Positions 31,431 to 41,339 of a DNA stretch of 64,000 nt are shown here, in pieces. The notes under the pieces were generated by a model. That model ran no database searches. It saw only the letters and a program-made list of their open reading frames with translations, and was not told the DNA's origin. Each line of letters opens with the position of its first letter. Within the stretch, counting starts at the first letter, position 1. Both the position numbers and the translations under genes were made by a program. The stretch lies in the IMG/VR virus record IMGVR_UViG_3300042387_002331; one strand, given 5' to 3'. Source of the DNA: a virus.

Positions 31431-32011
31431 AAAATATCTTTTTAGATTGTGGAACTCATTTATGTGAAGGGTTAATCGATTTTTATAACAGAGGAATCAT
31501 TGATGATAGTTTTGAAATACACACATTTGAAGCTAATCCTGCTTGTAATATACATGAAAGAATTAAGCAATTACCACTTAATATAACACCTTATAATAAA
31601 GCAGTTTGGGTAGAAGATGGATTTGTAATTTTTAACCAAGAAAACCACCAAAAAAGCAAAACAGGCTCCCCTTCAGACGGATATTCAGATATTGATGGAT
31701 GGGGTTCCTCTATTAACGGAATAGGATTTAACCACCCAGGATATGATACACAAGTAAAAGTCCCCAGTGTAAATTTTTCCAATTTTATTTTACAATTTCC
31801 TGAAGATTCTAATATAATTTGCAAAATGGATATTGAAGGTAGTGAGTTTCAAGTTTTAAGGCATCTTATAAAAGAAAAAACTATCCTGAGAATAAAAGAG
31901 ATATACATTGAATTTCATGAAAGATTTATGCCTTCCGAATCTAAACATACAGTAGATGACTTAGTAAAAACCATTCAAAATATGGGAGTTAAAGTTAATA
32001 CTTGGTTTTAA
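31427..32011 (+). CDS. FkbM-family methyltransferase
   Basis: FLDCG, FEANP, KMDIEGSE, IEFH. Confidence 0.85.
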   Translation: MKNIFLDCGTHLCEGLIDFYNRGIIDDSFEIHTFEANPACNIHERIKQLPLNITPYNKAVWVEDGFVIFNQENHQKSKTGSPSDGYSDIDGWGSSINGIGFNHPGYDTQVKVPSVNFSNFILQFPEDSNIICKMDIEGSEFQVLRHLIKEKTILRIKEIYIEFHERFMPSESKHTVDDLVKTIQNMGVKVNTWF

Positions 32012-32012
32012 T

Positions 32013-32885
32013 ATGACAACACAAATAGTTATTCACTTATTACCTCAGGAAATTGATTGGTTTGAATGGCAAATTAAACAACTAAAACAAGGTAGCTATT
32101 ATTTAGAAAAAGAAGATAAAGTAATTTTAGATGTTACATTAAACTTAAACTTAATTGATTGGAGTAAATCTCAACTACCTAAACAATTTTTTATTGATAA
32201 GTTTAATCAAATTGAAAAATTATGTGATTGGAGTGAAACCCAATTTACAATTGACCAAGAAAATAAATGTTTAGGATGTAATGATAAACGTAGAGAGGCT
32301 ATCCGTTCTACTAAAGCAGATAATATTCTTTATCTAGATACTGATTTAATATTTTCTTCTGAACTATTTGCATATATAGTAAATGCTGCTAAAGTGGTTT
32401 CTATTCCATATTATATCATTTCTCCTCAACTTACAAAATTGTGGGATGATAGTTGGGATTGTTTAGTAAACCCCCAATATGCTAACCACACAGCACAAAA
32501 AACCTTAGAAATTTTAGACCCATATTTTCTAGTATACCAAAAAGGAGAAAATATTTCTTTAAAACCCATAGATCAATTTAAATTTGGAGGAGGTTGGTTT
32601 AACCTTATTTCTACTCCACTATTAAAAACCACAGATATCCCAGATTCATTTGGTCCATATGGAGTAGATGATACCTATGTAATGATAGGTTGTAATATAA
32701 TGAAACAAAAAGGATACCAAATCCAACAGTATGTTTTAAATGAAACTTTAGTTGCTGAAAATTATAAGTATCGTTGGAATCCTTATAAAGATTATTTATA
32801 TTTAATCAATAGACAAGATGAGTTTAGGGAACAAGCTCAAACAAATTTAAATAAAGAAATTAATAATTTATATAACCGGTTATGA
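32013..32885 (+). CDS. GT-A fold glycosyltransferase-like protein
   Basis: LYLDTD (DxD), YGVDD. Confidence 0.6.
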   Translation: MTTQIVIHLLPQEIDWFEWQIKQLKQGSYYLEKEDKVILDVTLNLNLIDWSKSQLPKQFFIDKFNQIEKLCDWSETQFTIDQENKCLGCNDKRREAIRSTKADNILYLDTDLIFSSELFAYIVNAAKVVSIPYYIISPQLTKLWDDSWDCLVNPQYANHTAQKTLEILDPYFLVYQKGENISLKPIDQFKFGGGWFNLISTPLLKTTDIPDSFGPYGVDDTYVMIGCNIMKQKGYQIQQYVLNETLVAENYKYRWNPYKDYLYLINRQDEFREQAQTNLNKEINNLYNRL

Positions 32886-33532
32886 AAAATGTTTATGATA
32901 TAACAAACGAATTTGAAAAACGTTTAGCTGACTATACAGGAGCACCTTATGTGATAACTGTAGATAATCAATCAAATGGTTTATTTTTAGCACTTTATTA
33001 CGAACACTACGTAAATAAAAGTCTTACATCAGATGAAATCACCATTCCTTCTAGAACATACCCATCTGTTCCATGTGAAATTATACATGCTGGATTAAAA
33101 GTAAATTTTAAACCGGTTAAAGGTAAAACTATTAAAGGTGCATATCAATTAGAAGGAAGTAATGTTTGGGATGCTGCTTTAAGCTTTACCCATAACATGT
33201 ACAAACCTGAAACACATATGTGTATTTCATTTACAGGCCCATACAAACACTTTAAATTAAGTAAAGGTGGAGCTATTTTAACAGACAGCCATGATGCTTA
33301 TCTTTGGTTTAGAAGAGCTAGATATAGTGGAAGACGTGAATGTTCATACCATGATGATTATTTTGATATGTTAGGTTGGAATTTTTATATGATGCCTGAA
33401 TTAGCTGCTCGTGGATTACTCCTAATGAACCAATTTTACAACATGGATGGCACTCCTAAACACAATAATGATCTAGAATTACCATACCCAGATTTATCTA
33501 AATTTGAAGTTTATACAAAAGCAAATAGATAA
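32882..33532 (+). CDS. DegT/DnrJ-family sugar aminotransferase (short)
   Basis: FE..LA.Y.GA, DAA, SF..YKH....GGAILT. Confidence 0.8.
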   Translation: MKNVYDITNEFEKRLADYTGAPYVITVDNQSNGLFLALYYEHYVNKSLTSDEITIPSRTYPSVPCEIIHAGLKVNFKPVKGKTIKGAYQLEGSNVWDAALSFTHNMYKPETHMCISFTGPYKHFKLSKGGAILTDSHDAYLWFRRARYSGRRECSYHDDYFDMLGWNFYMMPELAARGLLLMNQFYNMDGTPKHNNDLELPYPDLSKFEVYTKANR

Positions 33533-34110
33533 TGAAATTAGCTTTATATGGTTACGGTGGGCATGCTAGAGAGGTGGCAGCCCAAATAGGAGAAAAAGTT
33601 GAATTTTATGTTGACGATGAGTATGCTAATGATATAGCCAAACCAATATCTGAATTTAACCCTGCCACTCATTATATGATGGTAGCAATTGGAGATAGTA
33701 AGAGTAGGTTTGATGTGGTTCAAAAGTTACCTAAAGAAACGGTTTATTTTACCTATATTCATCCAACTGCTCTAATACTAGATGATGATATTAAAATTGG
33801 GGAAGGTAGTTTTATTGGTGCCTATAGTATTTTAACTACAAATATTAAATTAGGCAAACATTCCCTATTAAACAGAGCAAACCATATAGGACACGACACA
33901 ATAATAGGAGATTATTTCAGCGCTATGCCAGGAGCAATAGTATCAGGCAATGTAACAATCTATGATTGTGTCTATATGGGAACAAATTCATCAATTAAAG
34001 AAAAATTAAACATTCACAGTTTATCTACTATTGGGATGAACTCATGTGTTGTTAAAAATATTAATGAACCTGGGGTGTATGTTGGTACTCCTGCTAAAAA
34101 AATAAAATGA
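33532..34110 (+). CDS. PglD/NeuD-type sugar N/O-acetyltransferase
   Basis: GYGGHARE, VAIGD, IHPTA, hexapeptide repeats, IGHD, GTPAK. Confidence 0.9.
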   Translation: MKLALYGYGGHAREVAAQIGEKVEFYVDDEYANDIAKPISEFNPATHYMMVAIGDSKSRFDVVQKLPKETVYFTYIHPTALILDDDIKIGEGSFIGAYSILTTNIKLGKHSLLNRANHIGHDTIIGDYFSAMPGAIVSGNVTIYDCVYMGTNSSIKEKLNIHSLSTIGMNSCVVKNINEPGVYVGTPAKKIK

Positions 34111-34970
34111 GTAAAATAATTATTTATTCTCCATCATATAACCCTAATTCTGGAGGAATAATAGTGTTGCATAAATTGTGTGATATTCTTTTAAATTTAG
34201 GATATGATGCTGGGTTTTTTATCCAAGATAATCAACCATTTTATACTAGTTCAGCATATAAATCTCAAGGTTATTATCTTTCAGATATAGATTTAGAAAA
34301 CGATTTAATAATATACCCTGAAATAGTGTGGGGGAACCCACTAAATGGAAAAAATATTGTAAGGTATATTATGAACATAGGACATGTTACCTTGAATAGA
34401 AAAGATACTTGGGGAGAAAATGACCATTGGATTTATTATTCTGAAAGGTTTTATGATGGGATTAAACCTAAAAATATTCTTAATATTTCAGATTCTAAGT
34501 TAGATTATTTTAAGGATTATAAATTAGAAAGAAATATTGAAGACTGTTTTACATATAGAAAGCAATTAGAAAATGTTAATTCTATTAAAAAATATCATTC
34601 ACCAACAGCAGTAGAAATTTCTTTTAATTGTGGGGATGAATTTTTAATTAATGTCTTTAACTCATGTAAAAATTTTTATTGTTATGATGTTGAATCCCAT
34701 TTAAGTACCTTAGCAAGTCTTTGTGGCTGTAACTCTATCATAATCTCAGATAATGAAACTAGAGAAAACATTATAGATAAACAACCAATATTTAAATATG
34801 GGATCGCTTTTGGAGTTGAAGAAATTGAAAAGGCATCTCAAACTAGACATTTATTAAGAGAACATTTAATCCAAATAGAAAAACAACAAATTATCAATGT
34901 TGCTAATTATTTTACAAATATTTTAAATATACCTTCTAATGAAAATACACATATTTTACAGACATTATAA
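34107..34970 (+). CDS. Glycosyltransferase-like protein (WavQ-like)
   Basis: SGGIIVLHKL, IYPEIV.GNPL, A.LCGC. Confidence 0.6.
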   Translation: MSKIIIYSPSYNPNSGGIIVLHKLCDILLNLGYDAGFFIQDNQPFYTSSAYKSQGYYLSDIDLENDLIIYPEIVWGNPLNGKNIVRYIMNIGHVTLNRKDTWGENDHWIYYSERFYDGIKPKNILNISDSKLDYFKDYKLERNIEDCFTYRKQLENVNSIKKYHSPTAVEISFNCGDEFLINVFNSCKNFYCYDVESHLSTLASLCGCNSIIISDNETRENIIDKQPIFKYGIAFGVEEIEKASQTRHLLREHLIQIEKQQIINVANYFTNILNIPSNENTHILQTL

Positions 34971-35622
34971 TATAGAAGGTTCAGATTACAAAAATCGCCC
35001 TCAATGGTTTGATTTTGAAAAGTGTTTTGTAAACCTTTTAAACACTATAGAAGGTAAAAATGTTGACCTCCACTTAATAATGGATGGAAGTATTGAAAAT
35101 AACTTTGTAAAAAAATACCAAGACAAATATACTTTACATACTATAGATGCAAAATCAGATCAAATATCTTTTTGGGAAACTTGGAAAATAGCTAAACAAA
35201 CTTTGATTGGAGAAAAAGATTTAGTATATTTTTTAGAAAATGATTATTTACATGTTGAAAATTGGGTAGAAAAAATTGAAGATTTATTTTCAACTTTCCA
35301 AGGATTAAATTATGTTTCTTTATATGATCATAATGACAAATATTTTTTACCAATGTACGAAGATTTAGCTTCTAAAATTTTTACAACTAAAAAACACCAC
35401 TGGAGAACAACTCCTAGTACTTGTGGAAGTTTTGTTATTTCAAAACAGGTATTTGAAGATGATTTTGAAGACCATACTTCTATAAAAGGTGATCACAATA
35501 AATTTCTACATTTAGCCCAAACCAAATCAAGATTTGTACTTACCCCTATCCCAGGATTATCAACACATTGTATGGAAGGATTAATGTCACCTACAATTGA
35601 TTGGAAGCAAATAAACAATTAA
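34939..35622 (+). CDS. Putative GT-A glycosyltransferase
   Basis: YFLENDYLH, YVSLYDH, STH. Confidence 0.6.
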   Translation: MKIHIFYRHYNIEGSDYKNRPQWFDFEKCFVNLLNTIEGKNVDLHLIMDGSIENNFVKKYQDKYTLHTIDAKSDQISFWETWKIAKQTLIGEKDLVYFLENDYLHVENWVEKIEDLFSTFQGLNYVSLYDHNDKYFLPMYEDLASKIFTTKKHHWRTTPSTCGSFVISKQVFEDDFEDHTSIKGDHNKFLHLAQTKSRFVLTPIPGLSTHCMEGLMSPTIDWKQINN

Positions 35623-35623
35623 A

Positions 35624-36379
35624 ATGATATCAGTAATTATACCAACATATAAATCTCCAGATGCTCTAGATTTATGTTTACGTTCTGCGATTGAAGGACA
35701 ACAAAATCAAAATCAAATTATAGTTGTTGTAGATGGTTTTTACGACATCAATAAAGAAGTACTTGAAAAATGGTCTGAACATATTGATGTTCTTAACATG
35801 GAAGAAAATGTTGGGTTGTGTAGGGGAACAAATTTAGGAGTATACAACGCTCAACACGATAAAATATTAATTGTAAACGATGACAATGTGTTTCCTCGTT
35901 TTTGGGATACTACGTTAGAGGAAGATTGGGAAGATGGGGCAGTAATTTCACCTAACCAAATTGAACCATACCCTTCAATATTTCCCCAATTTCATATTGA
36001 AAATTTAGGTACAGACCCAAAAACATTTGATCTAGAAAAATTTTGGCTCTATGATTACCACTACGCTTCAGGTGATAAAAAAGAAGAAAGTGGTTCAACT
36101 TTACCTATATTCATGAACAAATATGATTACATTCGTTTAGGTGGGTGGGATGAAAACTATGAACTTGGAATGGTAGCAGATTGGGATTTTTTCTTAAAAT
36201 GTTCCCTATCAAATTTAAAAATGATCCGAACTTGGAATTGTCACTTTTACCATTTTGCTTCCGTTTCAACAAACGGAGAAAAAAGACAACAAGCAGAACA
36301 ACTAGGACATCAATACGCCCAATACAAATGGGGTACCCATATTAAACATAACCCAGAAAATAATTTAAAATACATATGA
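35624..36379 (+). CDS. GT2 glycosyltransferase
   Basis: ISVIIPTY, IIVVVDG, VNDD, GGWDE...ADWD. Confidence 0.88.
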   Translation: MISVIIPTYKSPDALDLCLRSAIEGQQNQNQIIVVVDGFYDINKEVLEKWSEHIDVLNMEENVGLCRGTNLGVYNAQHDKILIVNDDNVFPRFWDTTLEEDWEDGAVISPNQIEPYPSIFPQFHIENLGTDPKTFDLEKFWLYDYHYASGDKKEESGSTLPIFMNKYDYIRLGGWDENYELGMVADWDFFLKCSLSNLKMIRTWNCHFYHFASVSTNGEKRQQAEQLGHQYAQYKWGTHIKHNPENNLKYI

Positions 36380-37272
36380 GTAAAATAGTAGTAACAGGAG
36401 GATTAGGATTTATAGGTTCGCATTTTGTAAATTATTTAAATGAAAATACTGACCATGAAGTATTGATAATAGATAAATCAACATATGCAGCTAATAGAGA
36501 CAATATAAAACAGCCAACTCCAATCATTGAAAAAGACATTTGTGATGTGTCTGCTGAAGAGTTAGGTGAATATGACTATATAGTCCACTTTGCTGCTGAA
36601 TCTCATGTTGACAATTCAATCAAAAATGGTTTGCCGTTTGTTAGATCAAACGTTGAAGGTACCTACAACATGATAGAAGTAGCTCGTAAAAACCCTAACT
36701 TAAAAAAGTTTTTACATATTTCAACAGATGAAGTTTACGGTGATAGAGAAAATAGAGATGAATCAAACGAAGAAACCCCATTAGAAGCCAGTTCATATTA
36801 TTCAGCTACAAAAACAGCTTCAGATTTGCTAGTAATGGCAGCTGGTAGAACATATGATTTTCCTTATTTGATTACTCGTACATGTAACAATTATGGGGAA
36901 AACCAACACAAAGAAAAATTCGTTCCAAAAATTATCTATTCAATCAAAAATGGATTGGAAGTGCCGGTTTATGGAGATGGTAAGCAAATTAGGGAATGGA
37001 TACATGCAGATGACAACGCTGCTGCTATTTACAAATTACTTATGTCTGATCGAGTAAAAGAAATTTACAATATTGGAACTGGAGAAAGATACCAAAACAT
37101 TGAAATATTAAAAATCATCAGTGATCTTTTGGGAAAAGAAGTAAATTTCAAATATGTAGAAGATAGACTAGGTCATGATAGAAAATATGCTTTAGATTGC
37201 GATAAATTTAAAAGTGAATTAGGTAAAATTCAAACAGTAAAATTTAAAGAGTGGTTGTCAAAAAATATATGA
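36376..37272 (+). CDS. rmlB: dTDP-glucose 4,6-dehydratase
   Basis: VTGGLGFIGS, FAAESHVD, ISTDEVYG, YSATK, DRLGHDRKY. Confidence 0.92.
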   Translation: MSKIVVTGGLGFIGSHFVNYLNENTDHEVLIIDKSTYAANRDNIKQPTPIIEKDICDVSAEELGEYDYIVHFAAESHVDNSIKNGLPFVRSNVEGTYNMIEVARKNPNLKKFLHISTDEVYGDRENRDESNEETPLEASSYYSATKTASDLLVMAAGRTYDFPYLITRTCNNYGENQHKEKFVPKIIYSIKNGLEVPVYGDGKQIREWIHADDNAAAIYKLLMSDRVKEIYNIGTGERYQNIEILKIISDLLGKEVNFKYVEDRLGHDRKYALDCDKFKSELGKIQTVKFKEWLSKNI

Positions 37273-37273
37273 T

Positions 37274-37462
37274 ATGAAAACATATGTATACTACAATAAA
37301 CTAGACAAAACAAAAGAACCTCAAGGTAAAATACTTGATGCGGATAATGAAGATGATGCTGCTTTTCAAGCAGCGTTTAAAAAACAGATGAATATAGAAG
37401 ATTTTTTAAATGTATTTGAAGTAAAAGAAGTTTATGAAAGAAAAGTTCAAAAATCTAAGTGA
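37274..37462 (+). CDS. Hypothetical protein
   Basis: ORF. Confidence 0.55.
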   Translation: MKTYVYYNKLDKTKEPQGKILDADNEDDAAFQAAFKKQMNIEDFLNVFEVKEVYERKVQKSK

Positions 37463-37817
37463 ATTGATAGGAAGACACTCTAAAGTGGAAGAAAATCCTA
37501 AATCTCTAAGAAAAAAAGAAGAAATGTTCTTCTTAAATTTAACAGAACAACTCTGCCAAATTGAAGCTGTTGGTGCTGTTCTATCAACAGTGGGATTTCA
37601 GATGAATAAATATGAAAATCCATTTTACCTATCCACTAAAATGTTACTTGAAAAACATTATGGTGAAATAAAATCAGAAATTATTTTATGGTGGGTGTTT
37701 GATAGTTTGACTCCTGATGGGGGAGTGTATCCACTAACAGATGAAAATGAAGAACAGCATGTTATAAAAACAGCTCAACAATTATGGAAATTTTTAAAAC
37801 GATATGATGGAAAGTAG
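37434..37817 (+). CDS. Hypothetical protein
   Basis: ORF. Confidence 0.6.
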   Translation: MKEKFKNLSELIGRHSKVEENPKSLRKKEEMFFLNLTEQLCQIEAVGAVLSTVGFQMNKYENPFYLSTKMLLEKHYGEIKSEIILWWVFDSLTPDGGVYPLTDENEEQHVIKTAQQLWKFLKRYDGK

Positions 37818-38118
37818 AATATGCATTAAATGCCAACAAGAAATTAACCCACTAAGGGTTAAAGCATTACCCAACACAAAAACTTGTGTTGACTGCTCAA
37901 CAACAGGAGCAAAACGAGGAGTACCAATGATGTTTGGAGAAAAAGACCATACATGGACAGACATGGTAATCATGGAACCAGAAGAATTTGATAAATTTGA
38001 AAAATTAAACAAACAACAACCTACATTTGAAGTTTTAGACAAATCAGAAATGAATTCAGATGAAGACGATCTATCTGATTGGGATACCACTTTAATGGAT
38101 GGTTTAGAAGACCTATAA
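37804..38118 (+). CDS. DksA/TraR-type C4 zinc-finger protein
   Basis: CIKCQQEINPLRVKALPNTKTCVDC. Confidence 0.75.
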   Translation: MMESRICIKCQQEINPLRVKALPNTKTCVDCSTTGAKRGVPMMFGEKDHTWTDMVIMEPEEFDKFEKLNKQQPTFEVLDKSEMNSDEDDLSDWDTTLMDGLEDL

Positions 38119-38119
38119 T

Positions 38120-38773
38120 ATGGCACACCCAAAACCGATATCAAAGGAGGATTGCTTACGAGCAATGAAACATACTCGCTCGGTTAAAGCAGCTGCTCGT
38201 TATTTAAATTGCTCATACCAGCACCTTAAACCGTTTATGAAAGCTTACAAGGACGAAGCTACAGGCATGTCCTTGTTTGACCTACATAAAAACCAATCAG
38301 GTAAAGGTATTCCAAAATTTATGAGCAATTCTCCCTTTGGAAGAAAAATGCCTGCAATTGAGGACATTGTCAATGGAAGAGAAGACCCATCTTCATTTTC
38401 CCCAGATAAACTAAAATTTAAGTTAATTGAAGGAGGATATTTAATTGAACAATGCTATTGGTGTGGGTTTGATGAAAAACGAGAAGCAGATGGTAAAATA
38501 CCCCTTATCATGTTCTTTAAAGACAGTAACAAACACAACTATAGGGATGGAAACTGTCAATTATCGTGCTATAATTGTTATTTTCTGCGCTTAGGAAACG
38601 TGTTTACTGAACGTGATATGGAGTCATTAGAAGGTCATCAAACAATTTATAAAACGACTGAAATGGTTGATTTTCAATTAGACGATTATCAACAAAAACG
38701 TTTAAAAGAAATAGGTTTATGGGATGGTAAGGTTGATGATGATCCATATTCTTTAGTTTCAAGAAAAAAATAA
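38120..38773 (+). CDS. HTH plus degenerate HNH/zinc-finger protein
   Basis: SVKAAARYLNCSY HTH; CYWCG...N..N.QL.CYNC. Confidence 0.55.
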   Translation: MAHPKPISKEDCLRAMKHTRSVKAAARYLNCSYQHLKPFMKAYKDEATGMSLFDLHKNQSGKGIPKFMSNSPFGRKMPAIEDIVNGREDPSSFSPDKLKFKLIEGGYLIEQCYWCGFDEKREADGKIPLIMFFKDSNKHNYRDGNCQLSCYNCYFLRLGNVFTERDMESLEGHQTIYKTTEMVDFQLDDYQQKRLKEIGLWDGKVDDDPYSLVSRKK

Positions 38774-38787
38774 TATGTATAATCGAG

Positions 38788-38943
38788 ATGAAGAAGAAAA
38801 AACATTCAAAAATAGTCAAAGACTACGAAAAGCAAAAGGAGAAACACCTTGAGCGTTTGGCTACAAAAATGTTGGAGAATGATGAAAAGCTTAGTAAATT
38901 AAAAGCAAAAAATATTAATACAGACTTTTTAAATTTATTTTGA
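38788..38943 (+). CDS. Small basic protein (51 aa; not in ORF track)
   Basis: ATG after the class C motif at ~38773. Confidence 0.5.
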   Translation: MKKKKHSKIVKDYEKQKEKHLERLATKMLENDEKLSKLKAKNINTDFLNLF

Positions 38944-38944
38944 T

Positions 38945-39250
38945 ATGGCAACCGAAATTAGCGTATTTGATAGTGAGGAATTTGAAAAAATGGTTGCGAA
39001 TAGAGATTTAAGAATTTCAAAAGCTTTAGTAGATACTATTTTGAAAAACTTAAAAAGCCGAAGAAGATATTTCCATGCACTATCTATTCTTGTAGAGCAA
39101 GAACAGACAATATATGACATAACAGTAGATAAACAAGATTTTGTAACCACTTTAGAACAAAACTTATCTATTTTACAGGACAATGAAGATTACGAAACAT
39201 GTGCTGAAATAGTGAAAGCTATCAAATTTTTAAAAGAAAAGAAAAAGTAG
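38945..39250 (+). CDS. Hypothetical protein with UVR-like C-terminus
   Basis: EDYETCAEIV. Confidence 0.55.
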   Translation: MATEISVFDSEEFEKMVANRDLRISKALVDTILKNLKSRRRYFHALSILVEQEQTIYDITVDKQDFVTTLEQNLSILQDNEDYETCAEIVKAIKFLKEKKK

Positions 39251-39299
39251 ATTTGGTTTTCAAAGAAAACTTTCATATGCTGAAGAAAAAATAAAGGTT

Positions 39300-39608
39300 A
39301 TGGTAATCGTCTTAAGTTTGCTCATTTTAGTGATTCTACTTAGAGTTGTACAAGTATACTTGTTTATCAAACAAGTTAGTAGAGAATGCGATATTTATGA
39401 TTGGATGAGTGTTGATGAAAATCCTTTACGCTTACTTGAAATCTTGGAAGATGACTACTATGTAACTGCAGAATGGTCAGCATATAACTTTTTATTTTTA
39501 AAAGGTCCAAGCCCGTTAAGTATGTTTTTTTCATTTAAACGTCTCACAATAGAAAACATTTATAGTAAAGAAGTAGTAGCTAGATTAAACGGAGATGAGA
39601 TTAACTGA
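39300..39608 (+). CDS. Membrane-anchored hypothetical protein
   Basis: N-terminal TM helix. Confidence 0.55.
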   Translation: MVIVLSLLILVILLRVVQVYLFIKQVSRECDIYDWMSVDENPLRLLEILEDDYYVTAEWSAYNFLFLKGPSPLSMFFSFKRLTIENIYSKEVVARLNGDEIN

Positions 39609-40245
39609 AATATATTTAAAAGAGGTATTCCTTAAAGAATTTTGGACGGAACTAGAAGAAGATCTCCAATTAGACGAAGCAATTGATCCAGGATTAACTA
39701 AACTATTAGGTGAAGCTAATAAAATTGTATTTGAAAAATTTGGTATTCGTAAATCTGATAAAGTATATTTCATAGCAGGCTCAGCTCGTTTATACCTTTA
39801 CCCTGAATTAAGGGATGCTTTTGGTTTAAAGGGTTCAATTGGTGATCTAGATATTGTCATCCCAGATAAAGAAATTTGGAGAAAAGCAGGACTAGAAAAA
39901 GAACTACAAGCAGGAGGAATTTATCGCCCTACATCAGACGGTTCAATTGAAGTATTTACAGAATGGAACCCAGCTAAAGCAGGTGGTCAATATGCAGATA
40001 CTAAAGTTAGATCAACAGACGAAATTTTACAAAGTGCATCTCCTGTTGGTGGGTACTATTACATGAGCTTTTTTGATGTAATGGATTACAAAACAAAATT
40101 GGGTAGAGAAAAAGAAAAAGAAGTAGTTGATTTGATAGGAAAATATAGAGAAGGATCCATTAAAGATAAAAGAGAATTTTTGCGCCAAATAGTAAACTCA
40201 ATTGGTGCTGATCAAGCAAAAGAATTATTTGCTATGGGCAACTAA
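39595..40245 (+). CDS. Pol-beta-superfamily nucleotidyltransferase-like protein with MRLTEIYLKE N-tag
   Basis: YFIAGS...GDLDIVI, later IEVF. Confidence 0.6.
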   Translation: MRLTEIYLKEVFLKEFWTELEEDLQLDEAIDPGLTKLLGEANKIVFEKFGIRKSDKVYFIAGSARLYLYPELRDAFGLKGSIGDLDIVIPDKEIWRKAGLEKELQAGGIYRPTSDGSIEVFTEWNPAKAGGQYADTKVRSTDEILQSASPVGGYYYMSFFDVMDYKTKLGREKEKEVVDLIGKYREGSIKDKREFLRQIVNSIGADQAKELFAMGN

Positions 40246-40297
40246 AAATTTGGCTTCTTAAAAAATTTTTCGTATATTTCAAGCAAAGAAAAAGGTT

Positions 40298-40765
40298 ATG
40301 TTAAAGGAATTGTATTTAGAGTTTGAAGACGGTAGAAAAGAAACAAAACTCATTCACCTAGAACCAGGTGAACAAGTAAAAATTTACCCACAACGAGATG
40401 GAATTGTAACTGCTGGTTGTAAGACATTCAAATATCAAGTTCCAAAACATAGCTACTTACCTAAGATGATATTTAGATTTGGAGAAAAAACATTCATTTA
40501 CCCAGCGCAAATTGAATGTCACCCTAAAACAACTCTAGATGACATTGTAGAATACCTAACTGAAGAGCAACTGATAAAAGAAAAAATAGAAGCACCTAAA
40601 GTAGAGGTGAAAAAATGGGAATTTGAAAGTTCAAGTGGAGGAGGAACATACATAGTTACCTTAAACAAATTCGGTAACCCAAAATGCAACTGCCCAGGAA
40701 TGTGGAGATCAAAAGGAAGATGTAAACACGTTAAGGAAGTTGAAAAAGAACTTGGAATAGTATGA
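40298..40765 (+). CDS. SWIM zinc-finger protein
   Basis: SSSG..TYIV...CNCPG......CKH. Confidence 0.75.
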   Translation: MLKELYLEFEDGRKETKLIHLEPGEQVKIYPQRDGIVTAGCKTFKYQVPKHSYLPKMIFRFGEKTFIYPAQIECHPKTTLDDIVEYLTEEQLIKEKIEAPKVEVKKWEFESSSGGGTYIVTLNKFGNPKCNCPGMWRSKGRCKHVKEVEKELGIV

Positions 40766-40891
40766 TATTGTTAGTAGATTTAAACAAAAATAAAAAATGA
40801 GTAAAAACACACCAAGACAAAGAGTAGAACAATTTAAAGATTGGTTTAGCTGGATTAAAGCAATTGCTAAAAAAGGGAAAAAATAAAATAA

Positions 40892-40964
40892 GCCTTTGTA
40901 GCTCAACAGGTAGAGCAATTGATTTGTAATCAATAGGTTGCAGGTTCGATTCCTGTCAAAGGCT
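40892..40964 (+). tRNA. tRNA-Thr(TGT)
   Basis: Cloverleaf GCCTTTG/CAAAGGC, anticodon loop TTTGTAA, TTCGATT. Confidence 0.92.
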
Positions 40965-41007
40965 CTAAACTTATAATATCGTTTGGATATTTATAATGGG
41001 GAGGTTT

Positions 41008-41090
41008 GCTTGGGTGGTGGAATGGTAGACACGACAGACTTAAGATCTGTTGGCCATGTGGCTGTGCGGGTTCAAGTCCCGCCCCGAGTA
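41008..41090 (+). tRNA. tRNA-Leu(TAA)
   Basis: ACAGA CTTAAGA TCTGT, long variable arm. Confidence 0.92.
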
Positions 41091-41094
41091 CAAT

Positions 41095-41168
41095 AGTCCT
41101 GTAGCTCAGTTGGATAGAGCAACTCACTTCTAATGAGTAGGTCATAGGTTCGACTCCTATCAGGGCTA
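41095..41168 (+). tRNA. tRNA-Arg(TCT)
   Basis: ACTCA CTTCTAA TGAGT. Confidence 0.92.
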
Positions 41169-41182
41169 CAAAAAAATAATTT

Positions 41183-41254
41183 GGTCCCATCGTCTATCGG
41201 TTAGGACGCCAGGTTTTCATCCTGGAAAGCGGGGTTCGATTCCCCGTGGGACTA
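41183..41254 (+). tRNA. tRNA-Glu(TTC)
   Basis: CCAGG TTTTCAT CCTGG. Confidence 0.92.
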
Positions 41255-41258
41255 CAAA

Positions 41259-41332
41259 GGTGTGTTAGTTCAGTTGGTTAGAATACCTGCCTGTCACGCA
41301 GGGGGTCGTGGGTTCGAGTCCCATACACACCG
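41259..41332 (+). tRNA. tRNA-Asp(GTC)
   Basis: CCTGC CTGTCAC GCAGG. Confidence 0.92.
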
Positions 41333-41339
41333 CTAAAAA

